A stretch of 63,745 nt of DNA, filler included, from Lenisia limosa (lineage: Eukaryota; Protista; Breviatea), in the NCBI GenBank assembly GCA_001655205.1. It is 6 parts of 6 records of this genome, joined end to end, with 100 filler letters (N's around TTAATTAATTAA, not from the genome) between each part and the next. Parts side by side here need not be neighbours in the genome. Positions count along the whole stretch, not along the records: positions 1 to 19,885 come from LPNZ01005520.1; 5 more parts are not named here. One strand, 5' to 3'. The notes beneath the pieces were generated by a model. It was given only the letters and a program-made list of their open reading frames with translations, ran no database searches and was not told where the DNA came from. This document shows positions 1-13,856 of the stretch, piece after piece. Within the stretch, counting starts at the first letter, position 1. The number at the start of each line of letters is the position of its first letter. The translations under genes and the position numbers were made by a program.

Positions 1-13
1 CCCCCCCCCCCCC

Positions 14-3000
14 ACTGAGGAATGATCTGAAACCAGCAAAGGTGAAAATGAAGAGGACGAGCATCATCAAGCAAATGACCCCTAGAATCACTGTAGTCTA
101 AGGGGTGTCAGCAGTATATTACATACAACAAGGGGTGTCATATATGAAATAAATATATCAAGGGGTGACAGCATAATATATGATATTAATACGTCTGCCT
201 CCAAGGTCACTCCCCCCAACCAGTTTGGTCGCGGTTCTTCGTCTTCGTGACAACATGAGTCCAGAGGTGAACACCAAACAGAAGGAGAGCAGATGCATTG
301 ATTCAGAGACCTTGGGTGAAAGCATTATGAGCACGGTTGGATAATCCGACAAGATGACGTCGTACAACATATCTTAGATAAAAGCCAAAGCATCTCACTT
401 TTTCAAAAAGTTATTCGCATTTTTCTTTAGCCCCTTCCCTCCCTCCATGCATGACTCATGAATTTGTTTTCCCAAGAGTGTTTCTACAAGTGAACAAGGA
501 GCCCTCCCCCAACAAAAAAGAGCCACTCGGGTGAGAGTGAAACAATAGTGTGACTTCGACCAAACAGTTGGCTTGAGCTCAAGGATTGTTCCTAAAATGG
601 TAAATCTTTCATTTCTCCTTCTGAATGAAAGTGTTTAAAAACTGTAATTGCTTCCTCCAACCTTATTCAAGTTTGCCATTAAATGAACGCGTGTCATCAG
701 CAACACCAGCCCGAAAATGACAAGTGAAATCACAAGGTAACTGCAGAAGTTAAACGGATGAAACTGTTCCGTATTGCATTGAAATTATAACAGCAGCGTA
801 CCTGCTGAAGATCCAGTGCCTGAAGATGAATGAGAGAAAGCGCTCTCCATACTCTTGACGGTCATAGTCCGGGTTGAGTGAACTGTATTCATCCTGGGGG
901 GGGGGGGTNNNNNNNNNNNNNNNNNNNNNNNNNNNNNNNNNNNNNNNNNNNNNNNNNNNNNNNNNNNNNNNNNNNNNNNNNNNNNAAGCAAAGAAGATAA
1001 TCAATCAAGAACCATGGTGAAACCATCATCAAAACCATAGAGCTCACATCCAAACGCTGAGTCGACGACCGAAACTCCGACTACAAAGATGAAGCAATAC
1101 ACACGGAATGGAAATGCGAAGGTTTGAAATGGTTATCTTTGGGCGTGTTATTATCACATACCGCCCCCCAATGCCCAACCACCTTGCCCCCTTGGTTGGC
1201 CTCAGGTTTCAGCTTGAACCTGGAGTACGACACTAATACAGCCAATGCACAGCCATCTGAATCGTCATTTGAGTGTATTTACTGCCAGAAAGAAGTAAAT
1301 TTACTGCTAGAAAGAAAATTAATTAGTAACGCAAAATAGCTTCACCCCTCCCACAGGTTGACAACCCCAAAACATAGTAGCCAGTAGGGAACTCCTGGGG
1401 GTGAACCTCGGGAAGGGGGCATCTGGATGGTCACGGATTTTGATTGAGACCGCAGAGGACATTTATAAGTTTACATATGGTATGTCAGCAAATTGCCTAC
1501 TGCAGAACTGATACTCCGGGTTTCGAGGTGTTCTTGGCGTGACAACCATCCTGGATAGATGAAGACATGGTTCAACTTTACTGACATAATTTTAGTTTCT
1601 GGTGAACCAGAAAATAATCATGACAAATCCGAAAAGTCTTAGTCTTGTCCCACTGTTCGCTTACCTCTTCGGTCCATTCGCAGTCAGGGGTCTGTAAACA
1701 GGGCTCACAGGTTCTGTGAGGTAAAACAATTGAAGAGGATGAGAAATAAAAAAAAAATAAGGTTGTATCTGNNNNNNNNNNCATAATAATTTCAGAAGTG
1801 GTGAGGTAAGACATGTAGGCAGTTTTGTTCAAAACAGGTCTAAGAACGCCCCACTCTAGGTTTGAGCAACAGTCATCAGCAGTCTTCTCATGACCAGTGC
1901 ACTCCGATGTCAGAGTCTGCGGGGGGGGGGGGGTAAANNNNNNNNNNNNNNNNNNNNNNNNNNNNNNNNNNNNNNNNNNNNNNNNNNNNNNNNNNNNNNN
2001 NNNNNNNNNNNNNNNAACTATAAAATAATATTTCAGAAGTGGAGTGCAATCAACTTAATATCTGGGAAAAACACTGCACACAACCCAACCACGTGCATAT
2101 CGGCTCTGAAGGGAGTAGGTTATCAATATGATATGGCATATAACAACCCTCAACGTTTTCAGTGCAGGTGTTCTCAGGGGTGCACCACGTACAGTCCTCA
2201 CTCTGGATGCATCCATTGCACGTCCGTTGCTGTGGCGTAATTCGTCGATATCAAGCTCAAGATCACTTATATATGTAAAATAGAATGCGTATGATTATAC
2301 GAATTGATAAAGCTGTTGTCTCAAAAATGGTAATACAAATCGAGAAAACTGAGAGTATTTTTTTCTCGTGTTTATGGAATAAGCCATCCACAAGTATTCA
2401 GACCTTTTTGCAGCTGCAGTCGTTAGCCTCATGTAAACAGTCCTGGATCTTAGACGCAGACTCACTCACACACTGAACTTCTGAAGAGGTGAGACACAAT
2501 GTTCAAAAACAAATATGCATGCACAGCAAACATGGGTTAGTTCCATCCCTCACGTGAGCTAGGGCACCATTTGCAATGGGCATCACCGGTGCAGTCTTCA
2601 CAGTAATCATGCCGTCCACAGCTGCAGTGCGAAGGTGTGGTGATGGTCTTGTTGCACTGTACTCCCTGGGAAGGGTGATAACTACTTAATTGGAACACCG
2701 CGAAGGATCCCCTTTTCTTCAAGATGTACTATGACAATAATTCAAAGGACGAAGGTCAACAGCAAGGAGATGTCATTGTCACTTTCCGATACACACATTA
2801 TCAGATAAAAGGTATCCTTGATTGGACTCTCCAGTGCCTCTATCAAAACAGCTCACGTCAGTTTGGCTTTGGCAGAAGGGCATTGCTCCGTTTATTTCAC
2901 ACCATTGGCAGCCCCCATTGCTCGAACACCTACAGGAAGAGTTATAAATGACCTTATCGTAAAATAGACATGATAGTTTATTTAATTGCTCATGTTTCTG

Positions 3001-6000
3001 CTCCGGTTAAAATGTTGAATATTGGCAATACAGGATAATTGAGGGGAACAAAAAAAAACCCTTACTCTTCGCAGCTTTGGAATCCGAAGCAAGGACAGTC
3101 TTGAGCCTCATACACGTATCCGAAACAATCCACACCGTGTGGCCCATCAATATTACCTGGTCTTATAAAAATGGAAATATTGTGAGACAATAGTTCAAAA
3201 AAGGCTCAGAAAAAAATTCTGAGAGTATTCAATACAAAGGGTACCCTCATACCGTCCACACAGACAGTGTCATGACCAATTACACCATCTGAACCGTAAA
3301 TGGATAATAAAAAAAGTTGAGTTATGAAGAAATGAAAAAGGTGATTGAGAAAAAAAGACTGGGAAATCCAATAATAGATCCGATAAGACAAGCCCCTAAC
3401 TTGGACAAAAGCCGCATTTCCTATCTAGTGAACACTCACTAAAAGGTTAAAGGAGACAACCGAAATGACTATTCCTTGTGTTGACAATATATTTGAGCCA
3501 AGGGTTAATGATATCATTTGTAGAAGTGACCACTTGACATGTTAAACCACTTGAGACTCCTTCAACCAAGCAAACTTGCATCGTTTGTTGGTGGAACATG
3601 GGCAGTTGTCAAGGTCATGCACTAGCTCCTAAAGGGTAAACAATGTTGATGATGAGAATAGCATGATGCAGTAGTAGATAATAAAGTGGTGAGAATAGCA
3701 TGATGCAGTAGATAATAAAGTGGTGAGAATAGCATGATGCATTAGTAGATAATAAAGTTACGATGAGAATAGTGTTGTAACCAAAAGGAAACTCATCTCA
3801 ACAACCTAAATCGATGATATACAAGGTAAAATTCATGGTAGGTACAGTGATACAAGAAACATATGTGACTGTCAGTATAACGAGTGTATTATTACGTGAG
3901 CAACAACATAAAAATCCACGGATAAAATACATAGGCAAACCTCCGCAGGGCAATTTGGTTCACTGCGGTCCACACACTGCGACGAACTAAAGCGAAGTGG
4001 TTAGTATTAAGAGTGTTGCATACATACATGTAGTACTATATGGTTCAAACTCCAATTCTCAACATTAGCTGTTCAAATCACGGGAAATAATAACACGACC
4101 CTACTCTGAACACCAGCTGCATTCGTCATCCAATACGCAGCTAAACAGTCAGTTCGAGTTCGAATAGCACAAGAAAGCTCTCTTCTCTTTATATCGGCTT
4201 TTGACACCCCGCCCCTAACGAAGAACAATCCGTTTTGACAGCACACGGGCATTTATTTGGCTCAAAGGTCCAAGGCTTACAGTCCAAACCAATCTGAATG
4301 GTTATACTGGGCAAAATAAGACATTCAAATTGTTTATATGGGATAACTACAGTTTTATCTGATCATCCCTAAAAAATTCTATTGGATATGCAATAACTGA
4401 AAACAATGGAGTTGATTTACTTTATTCAAAAACAACGCTGCTACCCCCCCCCCCTCCCACTGATGATCCGGTAGAGTCGCCGAAAAGACAGAACGTTGAA
4501 ATGGAGGCACCTGACTTGTTTAGATGGATGTAAAGACAAGTAGCCCTTCATATGTATGTATGATATGATATGATATGCAGTTGTGACTAGAGAGCCTACA
4601 ACTCATCGCAGATATCAACAAAACCAGCACCCCTCACCTGAGCACCAACCACACGATTCTGAACTGGAGCAGCTGTTGCAGCTCATAAACTGCGAGCAAC
4701 TGGAGGCGTAAGCGAAGGGGCACTTAGAGGGTGGAGAGGGGGGAATAACGGAATTGTTGGTACCCAGGCACCCATGGTGGATAATTCAAAGCACCCGGTA
4801 ATTCAAATAACCCGTCTTCCGCCCATATTCATAGTCGCCCCTCCAACGGGCAGCCTTCAATTCGGTCAATGTGCTTGCCAGGGCAAAACTCTCGCGATAC
4901 CACGCAGGGAAACTGAGGAAACTCGGGACAGTAAACACCACCCCTAAAAGAGCTGTGAACATGACCGGACCGGATGACCCCTAAAAGAGCCCTCAGGTTA
5001 AATGCGGAAATGTTAAAAAGACAAATTTGATTCCAGCTTTCTTATAAAGAATGCTGTTATTACATGTTACCATCCCCCCACCTTTGTACACACAGGTCAC
5101 AATCATCCGCATCAGTGAACTTGCACACACCGTTTGAGTTACTCATATTCAAAGCTAAAAACGTTAGCACTACATTCAGGGGTACAATATGACAATTAGA
5201 GAACATTTCATAGAGTACTGCTGGTTATTTACCAATGCCAATCATTGCAGAACTGTCTGTTATAGACCATTGTGCCCACAAACAAAGATCAATGATAGCA
5301 TCTCGGGGAATACCCATTTCAGTGTCTTCTTCCTCAAAATGACTCTCGTCTTGCTCTCCTTCAGTTTTGTCTTCACGTCCTTCTTCTTCCTTTTCTTCGT
5401 TGTTCTCAATCTCTTCCTTCTCCTCTTTGGCCCCAGGAAGAAGGGAACGGGATGTCAGCCACATGTCACATTTGCCGTGGAAGGGGCCCGATCGAATGCC
5501 CAAAAGGCTGCCAACGTTACTGAGTGGAACACAGATAGTTGTAACTACTTTATGATATCACATAATATGATATAATACATATCATATTACATAGTTGTAT
5601 ATGATATATGCATATCGAGAAATAGTACTTGTTTCATTATTAATAATGAAGCTTGATTTGCATACTACAGCAAGCCAGGTGGGTTCAGAATATGATATGA
5701 TATATATATATATAGCAATGAGAAATAATAAAAAAATATTTAGCCGAAGCCGTCCACACCATCACGTTTATAAGAGATATTGGATGATAGTGTATTATTA
5801 AGAGGTCGATTTAGAATAATAAACAATATATCATATACATACACATGATATATATATGCTTCACTGTTCGGGTTGATTCGTCAGGATTTTCCCCACCATT
5901 CAGGGGTCTTCTCAGTGCCCTTGTAGACGCACCATCCACACAACTGGTCAAAGTCTTTCACCACAGACGTACACATGCTGCAAGATTGCTCTATAGCGGT

Positions 6001-7362
6001 GAGCATTGGAAACATGCANNNNNNNNNNNNNNNNNNNNNNNNNNNNNNNNNNNNNNNNNNNNNNNNNNNNNNNNNNNNNNNNNNNNNNNNNNNNNNNNNN
6101 NNNNNNNNNNNNNNNNNNNNNNNNNNNNNNNNNNNNNNNNNNNNNNNATTCCACTAAACTGTTAGAGAAACAAAAGGGGATTCACATGTCAGGTCAAGCT
6201 TCACTCCACCAGGTCAATGCCCATAAAACACAAAATGAATATAGCTTCATGTTGGCCAAATATGAGGTTTTTCGATAGTGCCTTGATAATGGATCTCTAT
6301 TTAAATTATGAAATCAATGGAACCGAAAGAGAACAAACCACAGCTTACACGCTTCGCCCTGGGAAACCACTTTAATCTGAAATGTAAATGTGGGAAGAAA
6401 CAGCTGAGCAATAATTAATTGACACGCAAACAAAACGATAATCCCAGACACATCAAATTGAAGGTATCAGAATGAATTCAAATATTATTTCATGGTATCA
6501 AAATACAACTTGTGAGTTTGTTTTCGCGTCTTCAATGCCCATACTTGGATGTTGTCGTCTTTTTTTGATGGACCGGCAATTGTCTTTAGATAGTGACAAG
6601 AATTCTTCTTTGTATCCCCAGTGCATGAGTACTGGCCAGCCACACTCCCTACTCGGGTGAGATCGGTTCTAGTTTCGAACAAAATAAAAGCCGCTTTTCA
6701 AAAATATCGAAGCTTTAACCCCCATGATTAATACCCTCCCAATACCTGATATGGACAAATGCCATTTTGAAGTGCTGTTTGAAAGAAGTTTAACCTGGGG
6801 GGGGGGGGTCAGGAAATAAGTCTGGAAAACAAACATAATGNNNNNNNNNNNNNNNNNNNNNNNNNNNNNNNNNNNNNNNNNNNNNNNNNNNNNNNNNNNN
6901 NNNNNNNNNNNNNNNNNNNNNNNNNNNNNNNNNNNNNNNNNNNNNNNNNNNNNNNNNNNNNTGATGGAGTACGTCATGGAATCTTTGGTCGGCACGTATA
7001 TGGTCCCGTTGTAGTACCCGGGGTAGGAGTCGTGGTCAACTGGCCCCGTGAGCCTGTCTACGGCCAAGGTCAATGAGATAATGGACTGGTTTAACCAGGG
7101 TATCGCTACAAACTAAACACTTCAACTAGACCCGAGGTTTGAAAAACAAACAAGAAGAACCCAACATCCAAACCGGCGATTCAACGGAGCTCATGCAAAG
7201 GGATATTGCATTGCTGCAGAAAGAACAAACACTCCCTCACTAATACTAGCCACACAACGTACCGAAAGAATCAGGCGCGGCCTCGTCAACTTCTTTGGAG
7301 AAGGAAAGGGCGCAAATTGTCACAATAAGAAGAGCAACAGCCCTCCATGATGGCCCATACAT
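14..7362 (-). CDS. Multi-exon membrane protein: signal peptide, about 8-10 PSI-like Cys-rich repeats, then several predicted TM helices; 3' end runs off the window
   Basis: Manual minus-strand translation between AG/GT sites. Start MYGPSWRAVALLIVTICALSFS (ATG 7362). Repeats include QSCSMCTSVVKDFDQLCGWC, SCSQFMSCNSCSSSESCGWCS, CPCFGFQSCEE|CSSNGGCQWC, CSCGRHDYCEDCTGDAHCKWCPS, QRTCNGCIQSEDCTWC, RTCEPCLQTPDCEW. Hydrophobic exons include YLVISLVIFGLVLLMTRV and TVILGVICLMMLVLFIFTFAGF. Exon limits approximate. Confidence 0.72.
3653..3772. repeat. Intronic minisatellite, period about 35 bp, about 3.5 copies
   Basis: TGAGAATAGCATGATGCAGTAG(TAG)ATAATAAAGTGG repeated. Confidence 0.9.
5716..5791 (-). 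repeat. Dispersed repeat family D (cUUCGg hairpin plus TTTATTTCTCAT tail)
   Basis: Reverse complement reads ATCCAATATCTCTTATAAACGTGATGGTGTGGACGGCTTCGGCT...TTATTTCTCATTGCTA. Confidence 0.75.
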
Positions 7363-8151
7363 GAGGGCACCAAAGCCAAGCACAAAGAGGGCCAGACGGT
7401 CAGACGTGTTGGGGGGGGGTGGTTCTTTGACTCTTCTTCCTTCTTTACTACTTCTCCACTACACCAACACTACTGGAAAGAGAGAAAGAGATTGCTGGCA
7501 AGTTGCTGGTTGCTGGTGAAAAGTCGTTGGGAAGGACATTGAGATCGTGATGATCAGCACGCTGATTCAGGAGACTACTGTTTCCTGGGTTGTATACGCC
7601 CCCAGATTATTGATGCATCAAAGTTAAAAGTTCAAAGTTCTCCTTCCAGCTGCGCTCTTGTGGTTGAGTATTGTCAAGATTGTGTATGGTGATGGTGCCA
7701 CCTTGGTACTGTGAGTATTTTTATATAGCTATATATATATTATATTTGAATGGAACCTTGTGGCCAGCTTTGGGTAATGTAAACTGGCAATAAACTGGTA
7801 ATCCTTTTTGATATAGCATAGTTTAAACAAAGTTTAAATTATTTTCTCCTTTCAAAAGACTCTCTATTTTCTGACATGTTGGCTGAAGCTTGAGCAATCT
7901 AATCTTGACACATTGACCTGGAGGGGAACATACATGATATACCATATTCCTGACCATCAAGAAAAAGAATCTTCACCGAAGTAAACTTGTGAGTAAGATG
8001 TGGGGTGAGGAAAGCCGTAATTAAAACTTCAGAAGGTAAAAATTACATTAAATATCATAATAGAAAAATCACTCATACAGTAAACAAACATCAACATCAA
8101 CACCAATAGTACAATAGTACAATGTCCACAAACATTCAAAGTAGCGCACAG

Positions 8152-11100
8152 ACTCTAGAAGGCTGTCTCTTCTGTTCCTGGTGCGCTGACTTGAGACTTG
8201 CTATCTCATTCTTCAGCTTCTCAAGCTGGGTTAGTGAGGAAAAGGGAAAATAATGTGATTAAATAAGTAATTTAAATCCACAACACAAAAATAATCAACA
8301 CTTGTTAATTGGTCATGTAAGGAGAGGGCATCGAGAACATCCACTTGGCACGATACACAACGCACCTCTCCCACCTCAGTATTAAAAGCTGGATCTTCGG
8401 AATCCAAATCCGACTCCGAATCATCTGAGTCACTTTCTGGACTGTCTAGTTGGGGGGTTGCCGGCTTCTGTAACGATAAATAGATAGAACGACGTTATTA
8501 TTTTGAACGGGGGGATAAAGGTAGATGAAACCATTGGCATGCACAGTTTCACGAATATAAACACGACCCTCCTCCCATCTTCCAAAAAGAACAACTACAT
8601 AAACAATCAAGGGCAGACCTGATCGGAATTGAGCCCCGTCCTTCCCTCGGCAAAAAGACCCTGGATCTCGGCCACAAGGGACGCGGCGTAACTTCGCTGC
8701 TCTTCCTCCACTTTCTGAAGCTAAAAAGCTCCAGAACAGGCAGTACAAATAAAGGCAATGGAAATGTTCTCATTGTTACCACTTCAAATGATAATAATAT
8801 AATTATATTACCCAAAGAAGGACACAGCATTGCTTCGCCAACCTTTTCAGGATCATGCTTGTGATTCGGTTCCGTGTCGTCTACAGAATGTTAACCACTC
8901 GAGCCTAGTATGAGAAATAAGAGAGAGAGAGAGAGGAGACGAAAATAGGGCTCCATAAAACATCACAATATTCCTATGTTACCAAGAACAGCCCCAGTGG
9001 TACACCACACACCTTCCAAAATGGACTGTTCCAGGAGCTTCACCCGCCTCTCCAGCGCACTCAGCTCCATTTTTATGGCTTCTTCGTCCGCCGTACCAGA
9101 AGACCTGTGATGTGAGAAAGCGCTGTGGGGGCTGATATATATATATTATACAATATATCAAATATTAAGTCCAAATTAATACCACACACTCATTCAGCTT
9201 TTTAGACTTTTCCTCCAGGAACTTCTTATTAGTCTCCAATTCAGCAATTATGGCTGACATTCCAGCCTATTTGCGTCAGAATAGTCGAGCAAAAGGCTAT
9301 CATTTGAGTACTACTATTTATCATATAAATACATTTGAAGGTAAATGGAAAACACTACTCGACAACTGCATACCACGACAAGGAGCCATGATACAGGAAC
9401 ATATCTACATACTATCTAGCAATGAGAAATAAAAAACAAGTCCACATCATACCTTTTTTATTTGCTCGGCCGTTTTCCCACTGGATGAGAGGTCAGCATG
9501 TGGTGGGGATGAGACGAAGGACGGAACTAGTTGATTAGTTCAGAAACACAAACTTTATTTGCATCCAAAAATAGACTGTGCCAATGAGAAATAAAGAAAT
9601 ATATACTACATCAGATGTAATATCGGTTGGTGATCAAATAGGAAAGCATAAGCAAACCTCCCCTTCAATGCTGTAATGTCCTTCAAACCTTCAACATCAA
9701 AGGGGCTCAAGACTGAGCTCGGCATTAGGGCTGTGATGAGAAGCATCACCGTCGCTACCTACAGACACATCACCATTTAACTCCTATTTGGGGCAAAAGC
9801 GAAGAGTATGGTTTAGTAGTGTGGTGAACAGTGGCAGATAGCAACGAGAAATTAGATGACCCTCATCACGACCCCAGTCCCCCCACCTCATGGCTTTCGA
9901 GATCATGTATATGGCAAGGTCTTCGAATGCGGTCTACAAGCGTGAACTTAATACTGTCCTATCATTTTCTATAATACGATATTTCACAAAGTCAAGGGAA
10001 ACCCTAATTATAAGAATGCGTCACCTACTATCCATCCATGTAGCATGAGGGAAGTGATGCGGTTTGGATCACTCATCAAGAATCCATACCTTTACTATCT
10101 GATTCACTTGGCTCATTATGCGGCAAAAGAGATTCGTATGATGGAGGTAGGTCTAAGTGATGAACAGTGGACATGACCAGGTCAATAGCATCATCCTATT
10201 CAGAAAGGGTATGGTTGAAATCGACATAATTGAACGGAAACCTCTTCCACCACCATCACCTTGGTCCTCCAGAATTGAAGGGGCCAACATAAGGGCTTCA
10301 ATAGCCGTTCGCGTGTGCGTGGTGGCGTCACTAACCTACCATTATAAGAACAGCCACTTGATGGGATGTCATAATTTGAGAACAACAGGACACCAGGCCA
10401 CATCCCACACCTCTTTAGGTGACGACGAGTTTAGATGAACCAAATCAAGACCGCTTCTGTTAGTCAGCCATATGAACAAGATTTAAGGGGAGACAATTAA
10501 AAGGAATGCCAAGGTACCTACTTGAACGACTTTCTTAGTAGCTTCTTAATGGTCTTTTCCTGATCTGCATTACACACAGTCTGGTCACAGGTCTAAGCTG
10601 TCAACAACAGACCAAATACCCAGAGGATACAATACAATTATAGTTTTAAAAAGCATTAACCATATCATATGTATGATATGTATAAATGCACCAAAAACTC
10701 CGTTGGCGAATAAACCTCAATCGTAAGAAGATAAAAGTTTGCATGAGAGCCAATTTTCTGAGTCTCAAAACAGGCCTCACCATATACGCCCACGTGGCCC
10801 ATCTTGCTGCCATTTCAACGATCAGCTCGGTCCTTTGGATTGTTTCGATGCTGGAAGCCAGGTTATTGAGTCTACTAGCTTGCCTCCTCTGGTCTCCTGA
10901 CATTGTGAGGTTGCAGAATTCACAGGTAAAATGTCGGGTTCTTTGGAGTGCTATTCACAAGTTCATTTTTGGAACAAAATGAAGCCTTCGATACACCTAC
11001 CTTTCCTCAATAGAAAAGCCACCAACGCTGCACCCTTGCCGACTATAGGAATCTCTGACGCCTGAGGTGATCAGGGGGGAACATTAGAATCCCAAAACGG

Positions 11101-13053
11101 ACTCAGCAAGGACAGTCATACCAACTTTTGAAATGATATCAGCAGCAGTGGAGGCCTTTCCGGACGCTCGGTCACCATCAGCCTTGAGAAATTGCGAGTT
11201 GATCGCCTGGGAAATGAAGAAATTCAATGAAAGGATATAGCGGATGTTATGTCAGGAACCGAATTAATAGATGCTTATGAAATAAAAATAAAGCCCAAAT
11301 CACGGAGGCCTTAGCATCATCAACAATACCAACAGAGTCTCAGATAGTATTCAATATCCATCTCACACCTTGGCAGCAAGGAATGCTGAGTTGAGGCCTA
11401 ACTCTACAGACAAATAGTAGGCCCTAAGGCTCGGTTGGCTGAGTAAGTACTTCCGCTCCTAATTTGGAATAACTAATTAAAAATAATGGATTTTCGTTGG
11501 TCCCCATATCATTGATAGATATTGCACTATGTAAATTATCATATGTTTTGATATAATAGTATATATGATATGATATGTACTACACGTGATAGTATATCAT
11601 ATCAGATCACTTTTTAGATCATTTTCACACGTGTGAACTATCATTTTCCACGCAGTGATATGATACCTCATATCCACTCGTTTGATAATTGACCGACAAG
11701 TCTCAATGATACACTCGGGATAAACCCTCGTGTTCTCTTCGTTCATCATTTCGACTTGAAAGTCGGTCATATGATCATATCACTAGTGGATATGGGTTAA
11801 CCTATTCAGAAAATTCCACCTCTTTCTTACAGTTCATACCTGGAGTATTCTCTTCCGCTTTGTATGGTCACTTAGAATGGATTTCAATTCACTTGTGCGT
11901 TCAGTGATTGGTTTGAGGAGAGAAGCGGAGTTACAGGCTTCATAGTCAAATTGGACAGGGATTTTTGGAGGTCAACAGTGGAGATACAACAGCACCAACT
12001 TTGTTTCATTTCTTCCATTCTCCGTTGCAGTTGTCGGAGTTCAGTTGTGTATTTGGCCGACTCCACAGACAAAATGGCCCCCGCACGGCTCAGGTCCAAT
12101 GATGCCGATTGCGCTGTCAAGTCTAAAACGTCACAATACTACCAAGTCTGAAACATCACGTTGTTATATCATAATATGTACAAATAGAACTTGAAATGAT
12201 TGGATGGAAATCAGTCCTTTGAAATCAGCTTAGCCTCACATTACCGCTATTTCAGCTCACCAATGAACTTCGCGGATATTCTCTGGCCCTCTGTGGATGC
12301 TGCAGCAAGGGACATTTGCTGGTTCTGAAGGCCCTTGAGGTGCTCGAGGGTGCTCTACAAATGTGTCATTTAACGAGTCTACTATGTATTATATGGATGG
12401 ACCTAACAACAGTCTTCTAAACAAAAAAAAAACAGCAGGTTACAATTGCAGACTTTCGTGTCATTGTGGTTGCTCTCTTCCTTCTCTAGCCTGTCTCTCA
12501 GCTCTTTTACTTCCAAATCCAAAGCCTCCAAATGCTGATCAGTCAGAATTCTTGCCACACGATGTCTACATAAATATTCAATAAAAATTGATGTTCAGAT
12601 TACGGTCTTAGAATCTTTCAAAACATTTATCAACAAAAAAGTCAACTATGGAATCAAGCACCTACGGACCCAAACCCGCCGTTTTTAACCCCTCAATGTC
12701 TGCCGATGAAGCTGGTGACTTGCGTGCCGTGGGGGGGCTTTGAGTTTGCCCTAGAGAGGTTGGCTTTGCGGTTTACGGAAAATGTGTAAAACTGTCAATG
12801 CTTTGAGATGCGATTAAACTGAATTCAAATTGAGATAGTGGTAGAGCCGGTATCATGTGGCCAACCATTGGTATTATCAGAATCCGGGCTCAAGGGAGAC
12901 TCCAACTCTTTTAGGGGTGAAATTGGGTAGTTGGGCTTGGTTATCCGAGGGGAGGCCTTGGCAGCAGATTCAGAGGACTTTGTGGCTGAACTAGTGAGCG
13001 ATATTGTAACTGCACTCTTGGCATCTCTTGAAGAGCATCAAATGCATACATGC

Positions 13054-13102
<49 letters not shown>

Positions 13103-13535
13103 AGTAAAAACATGTTGAAAACCCACATTTGACTGCTCGACTTTTGGCTGTAGCTTTCTTTTTAGCTGGCTGGAGTGTTATTTTTTTTGGTAAATGAGAA
13201 ACAGCCAATTTGGTTAATCATCTAGCCCCATGGTCAAAATGTTGAATCACTATGCTTTATGCTTACATTTATGAGATATATCCTTTGGCGTAGATTGAGA
13301 AGGATAAATAGCCGATAAGGTGATATTGTCACTTAATGGTGTGCTGTAATACTGTTTGATCACAACATCAAAAATTGCAATTTGACATGTCAAACAGTTG
13401 TTCAACCTTTAACCTGTTGTTTCACTACTTACAGCCTTCCATCCACGTCATATAGATACTTCCACCAACCTTTTTAACGACCAGAGGCTCAGGGAAATCC
13501 TCTTCATCATCGAAATCATCAACCATCGCTCCCAT
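8152..13535 (-). CDS. Multi-exon uncharacterised protein: acidic/Ser-rich N-terminus, coiled coils, central helical region
   Basis: Exons read by eye: MGAMVDDFDDEEDFPEPLVVKK (ATG 13535), RILTDQHLEALDLEVKELRDRLEKEE, ASEIPIVGKGAALVAFLLRK, TAFEDLAIYMISKAMRW, ELSALERRVKLLEQSILE, LEKLKNEIASLKSAHQEQ. The 3' end is uncertain and may extend to about 7860. Confidence 0.62.
11622..11800 (+). repeat. Dispersed repeat family C, uninterrupted copy
   Basis: TTCACACGTGTGAA palindrome, then CCTCATATCCACTCG...CTAGTGGATATGGG (short TIR-like pair) followed by TTAA. Homologous to 50360-50565 and 50867-51027. Confidence 0.7.
13054..13102. repeat. (GAT)n microsatellite, intronic
   Basis: Perfect TGA/GAT run seen directly. 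Confidence 0.95.
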
Positions 13536-13856
13536 TATGGGAGTCTGTGGGGTAAGTCAAAATGCTTCACTATACCCTTCTTAAATTATTATTTTGATAA
13601 AGTTAACCGTTTTCGTTCAGCTAGGAAACCCAGAAAGGCCTTCCTTGAAAAAAAGAAAGAGGGCCTACAGCTTTTAGATCTGGCCAATGTTTCTAATAAT
13701 TTCACAAATTCACTCTTTATCGATGCTGGGAAAGAGCCGAAATGGAGGCAACAGGAAGGGCAACTAAGATCTGATTATAAACACCCAGAGTTTAGTATTA
13801 CTGGGGGAGTTGAGTTTTTTGGCAGCTATTTACGTGAAACAAGAAGTTAAACAGTC
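13536..13856. promoter_or_regulatory. Short head-to-head intergenic region, candidate bidirectional promoter
   Basis: 321 bp between inferred divergent ATGs at 13535 (-) and 13857 (+); no specific motif identified. Confidence 0.35.

Noticed and set aside
12941-13126. Poly-Ile ORF
   Set aside because: It is translation of an intronic (ATC)n microsatellite.
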